Shown here: positions 7,769-16,421 of the stretch, piece after piece
Layout of the letters: each line of letters starts with the position of its first letter
How positions within the stretch are numbered: the first letter of the stretch is position 1
Source: an uncultured Pleurocapsa sp.
GTDB taxonomy: Bacteria > Chloroflexota > Anaerolineae > Aggregatilineales > Phototrophicaceae
Reading direction: 5' to 3'
Assembly (NCBI GenBank): GCA_964654755.1
Contig: CAZZJW010000003.1
Location: 19,719-83,718 of the forward strand
DNA length: 64,000 nt
Translations under genes and position numbers: made by a program
Notes under the pieces: generated by a model
Told to the model about the DNA's origin: nothing
Databases searched by the model: none
What the model saw: the letters and a program-made list of their open reading frames with translations, nothing else

Positions 7769-10313
7769 CGAAAAGCCGGTGCCCGCTGTGCCGGAAGTGA
7801 ACGACGAAGTGGAACTGAACGTGCCGGTGGATGTGTCTGGCATGGAGCGCGATCAGGACCTGCCCAATATCCCGCCGGTGCTGGCGGTGCTGCCCCTGCG
7901 CGGCGTGACGGTCTACCCGCAGACGGTGATCCCGCTCACGGTCGGGCAGCCGCGCAGCATCAAGCTGGTGGATGAGGTGGTCAGCGGCGAGCGGCTGGTG
8001 GGCCTGTTCACCTCGAAGAACCCGGAGATCGAAGCGCCCGGGCCGGACGACATCTACCGCATCGGCACGCTCGCCTCGATCCACCGGCTGTTCCGCGCGC
8101 CGGATGGCACGATCCGCATGCTGGTGCAGGGCATTGCCCGCATCAGTCTGGACGAATTCGAGGCGACTGAGCCGTATCTCAAGGCGCGCGTGCATGCGCT
8201 GCCAGAGTCGATTGAGGCCACGCTGGAAGTCGAGGCGCTCACGCGGAATGTGGTGCAGTTGTTCGGCAGGCTGGCGGAGCTGGTGCCCAGCATCCCGGGC
8301 GACCTGATCACGTCTGCGCTGAACGTCGATGATCCGCTGCAGCTGGTGTACACCATCGCCACCTACATCCGCATGGATCTGGACGAGGCGCAGGCGGTGC
8401 TGGAGCTCGACAGTACCGAGGCCAAGCTGCACCGGCTGATGACGATCCTGAGCAAGGAACTCGAAGTCCTCGAACTGGGCCGCAAGATCCAGAATGAAGC
8501 CCAGACCGAGATGGAGAAGATGCAGCGCGAGTTCTTCCTGCGCGAGCAGCTCAAGGCGATTCAGCGCGAGCTGGGCGAGGGCGATGAGCAGTCGATCGAA
8601 GTGGACGAGTTCCGCGAGAAGATCACCAGGGCGCACATGCCGGAGGAAGCCGAGAAGGAAGCGCTGCGCGAGCTGGACCGGCTGAGCAAGCTGCCGATCG
8701 CCGCCGCGGAGTACGGCGTCATTCGCACCTATCTCGACTGGCTGACCAGCCTGCCGTGGAATCAGCGCACTGATGACAACCTCGACATCGCGCACGCGCG
8801 TTCGGTGCTCGAAGAGGACCATTACGGGCTGGAGGACATCAAGGAGCGCATCCTCGAATACCTGGCTGTGCGCAAGCTGCGTCTGGAACGCGCCGAGGAG
8901 TTCGAACACGCGGTGAAGCGCGATCTCATGCGCCGCGAGCGCGTGGGGGCGATCCTGTGCTTCGTCGGCCCGCCGGGCGTTGGCAAGACCTCGCTGGGCG
9001 CTTCCATCGCCCGGGCGATGAACCGCAAGTTCATCCGCATGAGCCTGGGTGGCGTGCGCGATGAGGCCGAGATCCGCGGCTTCCGCCGCACCTACATCGG
9101 TGCGATGCCCGGGCGCATCATCCAGACCATCCGCCGCGTCGAAACGCGCAATCCGATCATCATGCTCGACGAGATCGACAAGCTCGGTCGCGACTTCCGC
9201 GGCGACCCGGCCAGCGCGCTGCTTGAGGTGCTCGATCCGGAACAGAACAGCGAATTCCGCGATCACTACCTCGATATCGCCTTCGACCTGAGCGAGGTGA
9301 TCTTCATCACGACCGCCAACGAGCTGGACACCATCCCCGGCCCGCTGCTGGACCGCATGGAGGTCATTCAGCTCAGTGGCTACACCGAACACGAGAAGAT
9401 CCGCATCGCCGAGCGTTATCTCGTGCCGCGCCAGATCCGCGAGAACGGGCTGCGCGCAGAAGAAGTGACCGTGACGGGCGAGGCGCTTCAGGAGGTCATC
9501 CGCGACTACACGCGGGAGGCGGGCGTGCGCACGCTGGAGCGCGAGATCGGCCGGGCGATGCGCAAGGTGGTGACGCTCGTGGCGGAAGGCCGCAGCGAAA
9601 CCATGGTCATCGACCAGAAGGTGCTGCGCGAACTGCTGGGCAATCCGCGTTACGGCTATCGTACGGAGATCGAGGAGCGCACCGACCGCCCCGGCGTCGC
9701 CACAGGCCTGGCGTGGACGCCGGTGGGCGGGGATGTGCTGTTCGTCGAGGCGACGCAGTATCCGGGCAGCAACCGCTTCCAGTTCACCGGTCATCTGGGT
9801 GAGGTGATGCAGGAAAGCGCGCGCCTGGCGTTGAGCTACGTGCGCAGCCGCGCCGAGGCGCTCAGCATTCCGGCAGAGTTCTTCGAGAAGCACGAGATTC
9901 ATCTGCACGTGCCCTCCGGCGCCACGCCGAAGGATGGTCCGTCGGCGGGGGTGACGATGGCGGTGGCGCTGGTCTCGCTGCTGACGGGCCGCCCGGTCAA
10001 AGGCAATGTCGCCATGACGGGCGAGATCACGCTGCGCGGGCAGGTGCTGCCTGTGGGCGGCGTGAAGGACAAGGTGCTGGCGGCCCATCGCTTTGGCGTG
10101 GACACCGTCATCCTGCCGCGCAAGAACGCCAACGATCTGGACGAGCTGCCGGAGCAGGTGCGCGGGCAGCTGCACTTCGTGATGGTGGACCGGATCGATG
10201 ATGCGATTGAGGCGGCGCTGGTGAACGCGGGCGCGAATGGTCACACGCCAGCCCGGGCGCGCCGCCCAGCGCGCAAGCCGGAGCGGGCGCCGCGCCAGGC
10301 CACGCCGGAGTGA
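7761..10313 (+). CDS. lon: ATP-dependent Lon protease (endopeptidase La)
   Basis: LON N-domain ([16 protein letters not shown]), AAA+ Walker [10 protein letters not shown], protease motif [14 protein letters not shown] 7761 follows GAGGAAAACA and overlaps the hsp20 stop (ATGAATGA). The track start at 7749 is an alternative. Confidence 0.95.
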   Translation: MNDEKPVPAVPEVNDEVELNVPVDVSGMERDQDLPNIPPVLAVLPLRGVTVYPQTVIPLTVGQPRSIKLVDEVVSGERLVGLFTSKNPEIEAPGPDDIYRIGTLASIHRLFRAPDGTIRMLVQGIARISLDEFEATEPYLKARVHALPESIEATLEVEALTRNVVQLFGRLAELVPSIPGDLITSALNVDDPLQLVYTIATYIRMDLDEAQAVLELDSTEAKLHRLMTILSKELEVLELGRKIQNEAQTEMEKMQREFFLREQLKAIQRELGEGDEQSIEVDEFREKITRAHMPEEAEKEALRELDRLSKLPIAAAEYGVIRTYLDWLTSLPWNQRTDDNLDIAHARSVLEEDHYGLEDIKERILEYLAVRKLRLERAEEFEHAVKRDLMRRERVGAILCFVGPPGVGKTSLGASIARAMNRKFIRMSLGGVRDEAEIRGFRRTYIGAMPGRIIQTIRRVETRNPIIMLDEIDKLGRDFRGDPASALLEVLDPEQNSEFRDHYLDIAFDLSEVIFITTANELDTIPGPLLDRMEVIQLSGYTEHEKIRIAERYLVPRQIRENGLRAEEVTVTGEALQEVIRDYTREAGVRTLEREIGRAMRKVVTLVAEGRSETMVIDQKVLRELLGNPRYGYRTEIEERTDRPGVATGLAWTPVGGDVLFVEATQYPGSNRFQFTGHLGEVMQESARLALSYVRSRAEALSIPAEFFEKHEIHLHVPSGATPKDGPSAGVTMAVALVSLLTGRPVKGNVAMTGEITLRGQVLPVGGVKDKVLAAHRFGVDTVILPRKNANDLDELPEQVRGQLHFVMVDRIDDAIEAALVNAGANGHTPARARRPARKPERAPRQATPE

Positions 10314-10434
10314 TGCGCTGCCGGCCAGTGTGTTGCCGTCACGGGGCGGTTGCGCCGTGTGGCAACATGCGTGTACACTCCATACTGATTTTGGAGTGTT
10401 GCGTGCCATTCCGTGGAATGCGGCTGAGGGTGTT

Positions 10435-10791
10435 GTGGCCAAAGTGCTGATCGTGGATGATGACGTGGTGACGGTTCGGCTGCTATCGACGCTGCTGGAG
10501 ATGGACGGCTTTGATGTGGTCACGGCGGGGCGCGGCCAGGACGTTCTGCCGCGTGTGCACGCCGAGTTGCCGGATGCGATCATGATCGACTTTCATCTGG
10601 CGGATATGGATGGCGTGGAAGTGATCCGCCAGATACGCAAGGATCCGAAGCTGCACACGCTGCCGATCATCATGGCATCGGGTCTGGATGTGCAGATCGA
10701 GGCGATCAGCGCGGGTGCATCCCTTTTTCTGGCCAAACCATTCGACCCCGGCGAGCTGCCGCGCCTGTTCAACAAGCTGATCGCAGGCTGA
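10435..10791 (+). CDS. single-domain response regulator (CheY-like receiver)
   Basis: KVLIVDDD...IMIDFHLADMDG...LPIIMASG...FLAKPF. GTG 10435 follows a GAGGG Shine-Dalgarno-like sequence. No output domain. Confidence 0.8.
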   Translation: MAKVLIVDDDVVTVRLLSTLLEMDGFDVVTAGRGQDVLPRVHAELPDAIMIDFHLADMDGVEVIRQIRKDPKLHTLPIIMASGLDVQIEAISAGASLFLAKPFDPGELPRLFNKLIAG

Positions 10792-10810
10792 CCCGCAGGG
10801 GTTGGGCGAA

Positions 10811-10848
10811 CGGGCGTGCGCACACAGCGCGTGCGCCCGTTTTTTATT
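10811..10848 (+). terminator. rho-independent terminator after the response regulator
   Basis: CGGGCG(t)GCGC-acaca-GCGC(gtg)CGCCCG hairpin followed by TTTTTTATT. Confidence 0.7.
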
Positions 10849-10883
10849 GCGCGCTGCATACCCAGAAGGGGGCACGGCACGCC

Positions 10884-11450
10884 ATGGCGACCTTCAACCA
10901 GCGCCTGGGACTGAACCGATACGCGGCAGACGAGGCCTACCGGCGTGCGCTGGCTGCCTACCAGCGCCGTGACTTCGATCGCGCCATCGCGCTGCTGAAT
11001 GAGGCGATTGAGGCGCATGCACGCAGCCCTGAGTATTTCGCGGCGCGCGGACTGGTGCACTTCGATGAGGCCGAGTTCGAGCTGGCTGAAGCAGATTTTC
11101 GCCAGGCGCTGGCGCTGAACCGTGCAGAGCTGCTGGCCAACTACGGGCTGGGCCTGCTGCACCTGCGCCGGCGCGAGCTGGATGCCGCCAAAGTGCACCT
11201 CACCGCTGCCTACTATGTCGATCGCGAGCGGCCGGAGACGCTGTTTGCGCTGGGCGTGCTGGCGCATGCGGAGGGTGATCTGGTGATGAGCGCCAACTGG
11301 ATGGGGCTGGCGCACGCCATCTTCGAAAAGCGTGGTGACAAGCGCAAGTCAGAGACCAGCCGCTGGCTGCGTGAGCTCTCCCGCCACGTCAGTCGGCCTG
11401 TGCCGGAGACCGCCCCGCTGCCGCTGCCGCCCGGTGAGGACGCGCGCTAG
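10884..11450 (+). CDS. TPR-repeat protein
   Basis: Repeated A-x-x-Y/F-x-x-A-L/I helical hairpins (YRRALAAYQRRDFDRAIALLNEAIE, ADFRQALALN). No other domain. Confidence 0.7.
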   Translation: MATFNQRLGLNRYAADEAYRRALAAYQRRDFDRAIALLNEAIEAHARSPEYFAARGLVHFDEAEFELAEADFRQALALNRAELLANYGLGLLHLRRRELDAAKVHLTAAYYVDRERPETLFALGVLAHAEGDLVMSANWMGLAHAIFEKRGDKRKSETSRWLRELSRHVSRPVPETAPLPLPPGEDAR

Positions 11451-11863
11451 CGCAGCGCCAGCACGGCGCCGCCCGCCCCTGCGCCCAGCAGGCCGCCCCC
11501 CAGCGCCCAGGTCGGGGCCAGCGCGGCCATTTCTGCGATCATGAAGAAGGGAAAATCGGGGAAGATGTGCGCGTGCAGGCCGTTGCGCAGCAGCATGAGC
11601 AGCGCCGCCGTCAGCGCCGCCGCCAGCCCGGCCAGCGCGCCGCCGCCCGCCCACAACACCAGCCAGCCCGGCCCGCTCAGGCGGGTCAGCGCAAGACGCC
11701 GCCACAGCCAGCCAGCCGTGGCCGGGAGGACCAGCAGCAGGCTGTGCAGTGCAGCCAGCAGCGGATTCGGGTCTTCCAGGCTGAGCCAGAAGAAGGCCAG
11801 CGCACCGCTGCACAGCAGCAGCAGGCGAAAGCGGCGCGCTGGAAAAGCGGGCAGATGGATCAC
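11447..11863 (-). CDS. hypothetical membrane protein (about 4 TM segments)
   Basis: GTG 11863 overlaps the TGA of the upstream GH13 gene (GTGA). Hydrophobic segments throughout. No family recognised. Confidence 0.5.
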   Translation of the reverse strand: MIHLPAFPARRFRLLLLCSGALAFFWLSLEDPNPLLAALHSLLLVLPATAGWLWRRLALTRLSGPGWLVLWAGGGALAGLAAALTAALLMLLRNGLHAHIFPDFPFFMIAEMAALAPTWALGGGLLGAGAGGAVLALR

Positions 11864-13395
11864 TGCGTGGCAGGGCGAGCGGGTTCCGGCTCGGGCTGCG
11901 GCTCCAGTTCGAAGCGCAGGATGAGCGACTCGTGCGGTTCCAGGTCGACGAACAGGCCGCTGCGCGTGAGTGCGCCGCCCTGCCGCTCGTACTCGTCTGC
12001 GCTGAGGACGTCGAATAACTGCCAGCGCCGGTTGCGCAGCCAGCCCCACGGGGAGAGATCGATCCGCCCCTGTGAGCGATGTTCGGTCATGTTGACGAGG
12101 ATCAGCCGGTAATCGGTGCTCTTTTCGTCCGTCCAGCCGTAGGCCAGCAGATTCAGATGCGTGATGCTGCGGCTGGAGACCGGTTTGATCTGGAACAGGT
12201 AGAAGCGGCCATGCTGATAGACCGGGTTCTCCGTCTCGCGCAGCAGGGCGAGATAGTGCGCCTCAAGATCAGCGTGGCGGCGTTCCTCTGGCGCGCGTGA
12301 GATCTGCACGGGCAGCTTGACGCGGCGGCCGGTGAACTGCCCGTCGTGCAGCAGGGTGCCTCCCGGCAGGGTGCACAGCAGGGTGGCGGCGGGCTTGCTG
12401 CGCTGCGGGCCGAAGGCCTCGAAGGCGCGCGCCTCGTCGTGATTCTCGATGAAGCGCAGCAGGCGCTGCTGGTAGGCCAGTTCGGCGACGAGGTGCTGGC
12501 GCAGCTGCTGCACATCGTTGGCGCGCAAGCGGTCGTAGAAGACCTTGTCGTAGCACAGATCGAAGCCCTGCATCAGCAAATCATACTCGCGATGCCAGTA
12601 CACCTCGGCGATGAACAGGAACTCCGGGAACTGTGCGCGTACAGCGGGGATCATCTCCACCCAGTATTCCTGCTCGGGCGCGCCGCCGACGAAGCCAGCC
12701 CATGTGCTGGCGAAGATCTCGCGCATCATCAGCATCGCCATGTCGCAGCGCACGCCGTCACACTGCGCGGCGATCTCCAGCAGCACCCGCCGGACGGCAG
12801 CGCGCAGCTCCGGATTGAAGATATTGAGCTGCGCCGTGTCGCTCCAGCCAGGGAAGTATGGATCGCGGCCATGCGCGAACACCCGTTTGTGCCCGGTCGC
12901 ATCGGTGCTGGTGAAGAAATCGCTGGGCCGCGTGATCAGGTCCTGGTGGCTGCCCTGCACGATGAAATCCGGCTCCTCGCGCACCCAGGCATGGTCGCAG
13001 GCGACGTGATTGGGCACGAAATCGAGGATGAGCTTCAGCCCGCGCTGGTGCAGGCGCTGGCGCAGTGCGGCGAGCGCTTCGCGGCCGCCCAGCCGGTCAT
13101 CGACGCGGTAATCGCCGATGGCATAGGCCGAGCCGATCACATCGCTGTCGGTCATGTCGGGCAGCGCGCTCAGATACTCGTGTTTCCACTTCAGGCTCAC
13201 CTGGCGGCCAAACGGACTGCGCTGCCACACGCCCATCAGCCACACGGCGTCGATGCCCGGGCGAGCGATCTCGTCCAGCGCGTGGTCGGGTACCTGATCG
13301 AGCGTGAGCCGGCGGCCTGCCTGCTGGCTGAGCTCCGTCAGCCACACCCAGGTATTGATCTCATAGATGTACTGCTTGTCTGCGAAAGCGGGCAT
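11860..13395 (-). CDS. alpha-amylase family (GH13) glycoside hydrolase
   Basis: GIDAVWLMGVW, LILDFVPNH and GVRCDMAM motifs. ATG 13395 follows GAGAGG (the track start at 13446 is possible). Confidence 0.8.
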   Translation of the reverse strand: MPAFADKQYIYEINTWVWLTELSQQAGRRLTLDQVPDHALDEIARPGIDAVWLMGVWQRSPFGRQVSLKWKHEYLSALPDMTDSDVIGSAYAIGDYRVDDRLGGREALAALRQRLHQRGLKLILDFVPNHVACDHAWVREEPDFIVQGSHQDLITRPSDFFTSTDATGHKRVFAHGRDPYFPGWSDTAQLNIFNPELRAAVRRVLLEIAAQCDGVRCDMAMLMMREIFASTWAGFVGGAPEQEYWVEMIPAVRAQFPEFLFIAEVYWHREYDLLMQGFDLCYDKVFYDRLRANDVQQLRQHLVAELAYQQRLLRFIENHDEARAFEAFGPQRSKPAATLLCTLPGGTLLHDGQFTGRRVKLPVQISRAPEERRHADLEAHYLALLRETENPVYQHGRFYLFQIKPVSSRSITHLNLLAYGWTDEKSTDYRLILVNMTEHRSQGRIDLSPWGWLRNRRWQLFDVLSADEYERQGGALTRSGLFVDLEPHESLILRFELEPQPEPEPARPATQ

Positions 13396-13649
13396 TCTGC
13401 CTCTCAATTCCATGCCCAGGGCAATCTCCGGAGTATCCTGCAGCACAGCCGATTATGCCAGAAGCCGGTTGAAAAATGGCTGCGGTTTTCTCGATCTGCG
13501 ATCAGGAGAATGGCCAGCGGCGGCGGCCTGCGCCCGCACAGGATTGGCATGCGGCGGCCCGACTGCGTCATCGCTGAAATTGGTCTCTGTTGCAGCGCGG
13601 CGCTTTTCGCCATAATTGCGCATGAGCAGCTTACGCTGAGGGCAGCATA

Positions 13650-13994
13650 ATGGCAGACGGATACTTCGTACCTCCCCAGGAAGCGCGCCAGATTGAGATG
13701 CGGCCCGGGATACATCGTCGCACGATGGGGATCACCGATGAGGTGATGCTGTGCGAGTTCTTCATTCTGCGCGGCGCGCAGGTGCCGCCGCACAGCCACA
13801 TGAACGATCAGGTGGGCTATGTCGTGCGGGGGACAATGGAGATGACGATCGGTGATCAGGTGCGCGTGCTGAGCGCTGGCGACAGTTACGCCATCCCCGG
13901 CGGCATCGTGCACAGCACGCTTGCGCTGGAGGACACGCTGGCGATCGACGTGTTCTCGCCCCCGCGTGACGACTACCGTACTGAAGCCCGGTGA
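13650..13994 (+). CDS. cupin domain protein
   Basis: Cupin motifs PPHSHMNDQVGYVVRG and GDSYAIPGGIVHS. Confidence 0.75.
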   Translation: MADGYFVPPQEARQIEMRPGIHRRTMGITDEVMLCEFFILRGAQVPPHSHMNDQVGYVVRGTMEMTIGDQVRVLSAGDSYAIPGGIVHSTLALEDTLAIDVFSPPRDDYRTEAR

Positions 13995-14089
13995 TCACCC
14001 CGGCCAGGGGTCAGAATCTCAGTAAATTTCAATACAATAGAAGTGCAGTTTGTTCACCCATCCGTTAAGTGTGTGGATCCGGTGCGACT

Positions 14090-15934
14090 ATGGAAGTTTA
14101 TCAGCCCGATCGTAAATCGCGTGGGCGCGCGCGCGAGCGCGTGGCGGCCCGCCAGCGCAAGCAGATGGCCACCCCCATGGCGACGCGTCATGATGCGCCG
14201 ACAGCGGGCCGCCCGGTAGAAGCGCGGCCGCCAATGCAGCGCAGCGAGGCATCAGTAGGCTATGCGCCGGCGCCGCGCCCAGCGCGCGAGCGGCGGGCGA
14301 AACGCGGCCTCGGCCTGCGCCTGCCGCTGGGCGGGCTATGGGCGCGCGTTGGCCTGTTCGTCAGCGACGTGCTGTGGTACATCCGCAGTGATCTGCGCGT
14401 GCTGCTCGGGCTGATGGCGTGCGCTGGCGCGGCAGTGCTGCTGGTGCTGGGGATCACGGTGGGGCAGGGGCGTATCTTCCCCAACGTATGGGCGCTGGGG
14501 GTGCCGCTGGGCGGGCTGACGACGGACGAAGCGGCGGCGGCGCTGCAGGCGGCCTGGAATGAGCGCGTGCGCATCCGCCTGGTGGATGAGGACCGCGAAT
14601 GGGATGTCGCGCCCGCCTCGCTGGGCCTGCAGCTGGACGCGGCAGCGACGGCGACGGCTGCGCGCGGCGTGGGGCTGGCTGGCGTGCCCTTTGGCTATGG
14701 CGTGCGCCCGGCGTTGTCGCTCGACATGCTCACCGCACAGAACACCCTGCTCAACATGAGCACGCAGACGGACCTTGCGCCATTCAACGCCGGCTATCGC
14801 TGGGAAGGCGACACGCTGGTCGGCGTGCCGGGGGCCAACGGGCGCTATCTGGATGTGGCGATGACGCTGGCCGCCATGCAGGAAGATCTGGCCGCAGTGG
14901 GCGAGCAGCAGCGCGTCGATCTGGTGATGACGCCTGCCGCGCCGGATTTCATCGATCCGGAGCCGTATCTGGCGCAGGCGCAGGCGCTGGCCTCAAGCAC
15001 ATTCCTCGTGCGCGGTTACGATCCGTTCACCGACGAGACGCTGGCATGGATGCCTGATCGTGACACGTTCACCAGTTGGCTGGAAGCCGGCGCGACTGCG
15101 CTGTCGCTGCGGGAAGGGCCGTTCGCCAGCTATCTGGACGCGCAGTCGCAGATTCTTTCCGCACAGGATGCCCGCCGCTATCTGGAGCCGATGGACGCCA
15201 TCGAGCAAATGCGCAGCGCCATTGAGCAGGGCCGCCCGGAGGCCACGCTGCGTATTCGCTACCGCAACTCCACACACGTGGTCGAGCGCGGAGACAGCGG
15301 CTATCGCATCGCCCGGCGCAACGGCGTGTCGTTTTACCTGATGCAGCAGGCCAACCCCAACCGCGACTGGGATCAGACGCTGACCGTGGGCGAGGAGATC
15401 ACCGTGCCCTCGCGCGATCTGATGCTGCCGCTGCCCCCGGTGCCCAACAAGCGCATCGTGGTCGATCTGATGACGCAGCAGTTGTGGGCCTTCGAGAACG
15501 GCCAGCTCGTCTTCCGCTGGCTGATCTCGTCCGGCATGGATCAGGCGCCGACTTCGCCCGGCGTGTATCAGGTGCTCAGCCATGCGGATGTCGCGGAGGG
15601 CAGCAGCGTTGAGCTGTGCGGTGATACCTCGTGCGGCACATGGACGATGTACTGGTTCATGGGCATCTACGAGGCGGTGCCCGGGCTGATCAACGGCTTC
15701 CACGGCGCAGTGCTGCTGCCCGGTGGCCGCTACATGGGCGGCGGCAACGTCGGCCAGCCCTTCACGTACGGCTGCGTGATGTCGCAGAATGACAACGCGG
15801 AGCAGCTCTACCGCTGGGCAGACGAGGGGACGCTGGTGGAGATCCTCTCCAGCGAGTACGCCCCGCAGAGCGAATTGGGACGGCAGGCGCTGGAGATGGC
15901 GCGCATGAACCCGCTGCCTGGCCAGCCCGCCTGA
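14090..15934 (+). CDS. L,D-transpeptidase (YkuD) with LysM domain and N-terminal membrane anchor
   Basis: Basic N-terminus plus one TM segment. LysM-like HVVERGDSGYRIARRNGVSFYLMQQANP...GEEITVP. YkuD catalytic region GFHGAVLL...TYGCVM. ATG 14090 preferred over GTG 14069. Confidence 0.8.
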   Translation: MEVYQPDRKSRGRARERVAARQRKQMATPMATRHDAPTAGRPVEARPPMQRSEASVGYAPAPRPARERRAKRGLGLRLPLGGLWARVGLFVSDVLWYIRSDLRVLLGLMACAGAAVLLVLGITVGQGRIFPNVWALGVPLGGLTTDEAAAALQAAWNERVRIRLVDEDREWDVAPASLGLQLDAAATATAARGVGLAGVPFGYGVRPALSLDMLTAQNTLLNMSTQTDLAPFNAGYRWEGDTLVGVPGANGRYLDVAMTLAAMQEDLAAVGEQQRVDLVMTPAAPDFIDPEPYLAQAQALASSTFLVRGYDPFTDETLAWMPDRDTFTSWLEAGATALSLREGPFASYLDAQSQILSAQDARRYLEPMDAIEQMRSAIEQGRPEATLRIRYRNSTHVVERGDSGYRIARRNGVSFYLMQQANPNRDWDQTLTVGEEITVPSRDLMLPLPPVPNKRIVVDLMTQQLWAFENGQLVFRWLISSGMDQAPTSPGVYQVLSHADVAEGSSVELCGDTSCGTWTMYWFMGIYEAVPGLINGFHGAVLLPGGRYMGGGNVGQPFTYGCVMSQNDNAEQLYRWADEGTLVEILSSEYAPQSELGRQALEMARMNPLPGQPA

Positions 15935-16217
15935 GGACGCGCAGTCCGCATCGCACGAGGGCGCTGACGGCCGCGCAGGCGCAGCGCCCTTGTGCAGCAT
16001 GTACGAGATTTCCGGCAGGCCTCCGAACAATAAGTGTTGATATAGAGTAAACAGCAGGCGGGGCCCTTTGCGGAATCATCAACACTCGTTGCTGAAATGC
16101 GCTCAAAATGCCGCAAAGTGACCATGCAGACGTCTGCCAGGCGTCATCAGCACGCTGGAGCTGCGATCAATTATCGATAGTGCGATCTGGAGCAGATGAT
16201 CAGGCGGAATTTCGTGT

Positions 16218-16246
16218 TTGACTCGTTCATCCGCTGCTCATATACT
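16218..16246 (+). promoter_or_regulatory. near-consensus promoter (TTGACT-17 nt-TATACT) inside a gene-free region
   Basis: TTGACT cgttcatccgctgctca TATACT. Best match to the -35/-10 consensus in the window. The predicted TSS is near 16253. Confidence 0.55.
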
Positions 16247-16252
16247 TCGTCT

Positions 16253-16358
16253 CATAAATGACACGCGTGCGGGGCGCGCAAAAGACTTCTTAAAGAAACG
16301 TTCTTGAAGCCCCGAACCGTGAAATCAGCCCCGTCTGCAAAGACGGGGCTTTTTTGTT
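16253..16358 (+). ncRNA. candidate ~100-nt leader RNA/sRNA (possible riboswitch or attenuator for the downstream S9 peptidase gene)
   Basis: Bounded by the promoter at 16218-16246 and the intrinsic terminator at 16327-16358. The only ORF inside is an 11-codon one. GCCCCG (16309, 16328) and CGGGGC (16270, 16344) elements allow alternative pairings. Confidence 0.4.
16327..16358 (+). terminator. rho-independent terminator with no upstream CDS
   Basis: AGCCCCGTCT-gcaa-AGACGGGGCT (10-bp perfect stem) followed by TTTTTTGTT. Confidence 0.85.
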
Positions 16359-16421
16359 GCTCAGGCGGTATGCCGCGGACGCAGGCTGCTGGCAGCGGCC
16401 TTCACAAGGAACGAGGACGCT

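Noticed and set aside
15999-16260. Short ORFs (13-36 aa) in the L,D-transpeptidase/S9 peptidase spacer as small protein genes
   Set aside because: None has a Shine-Dalgarno sequence or a plausible composition. The promoter/terminator pair at 16218-16358 encloses only an 11-codon ORF, so an RNA function is the more economical explanation.
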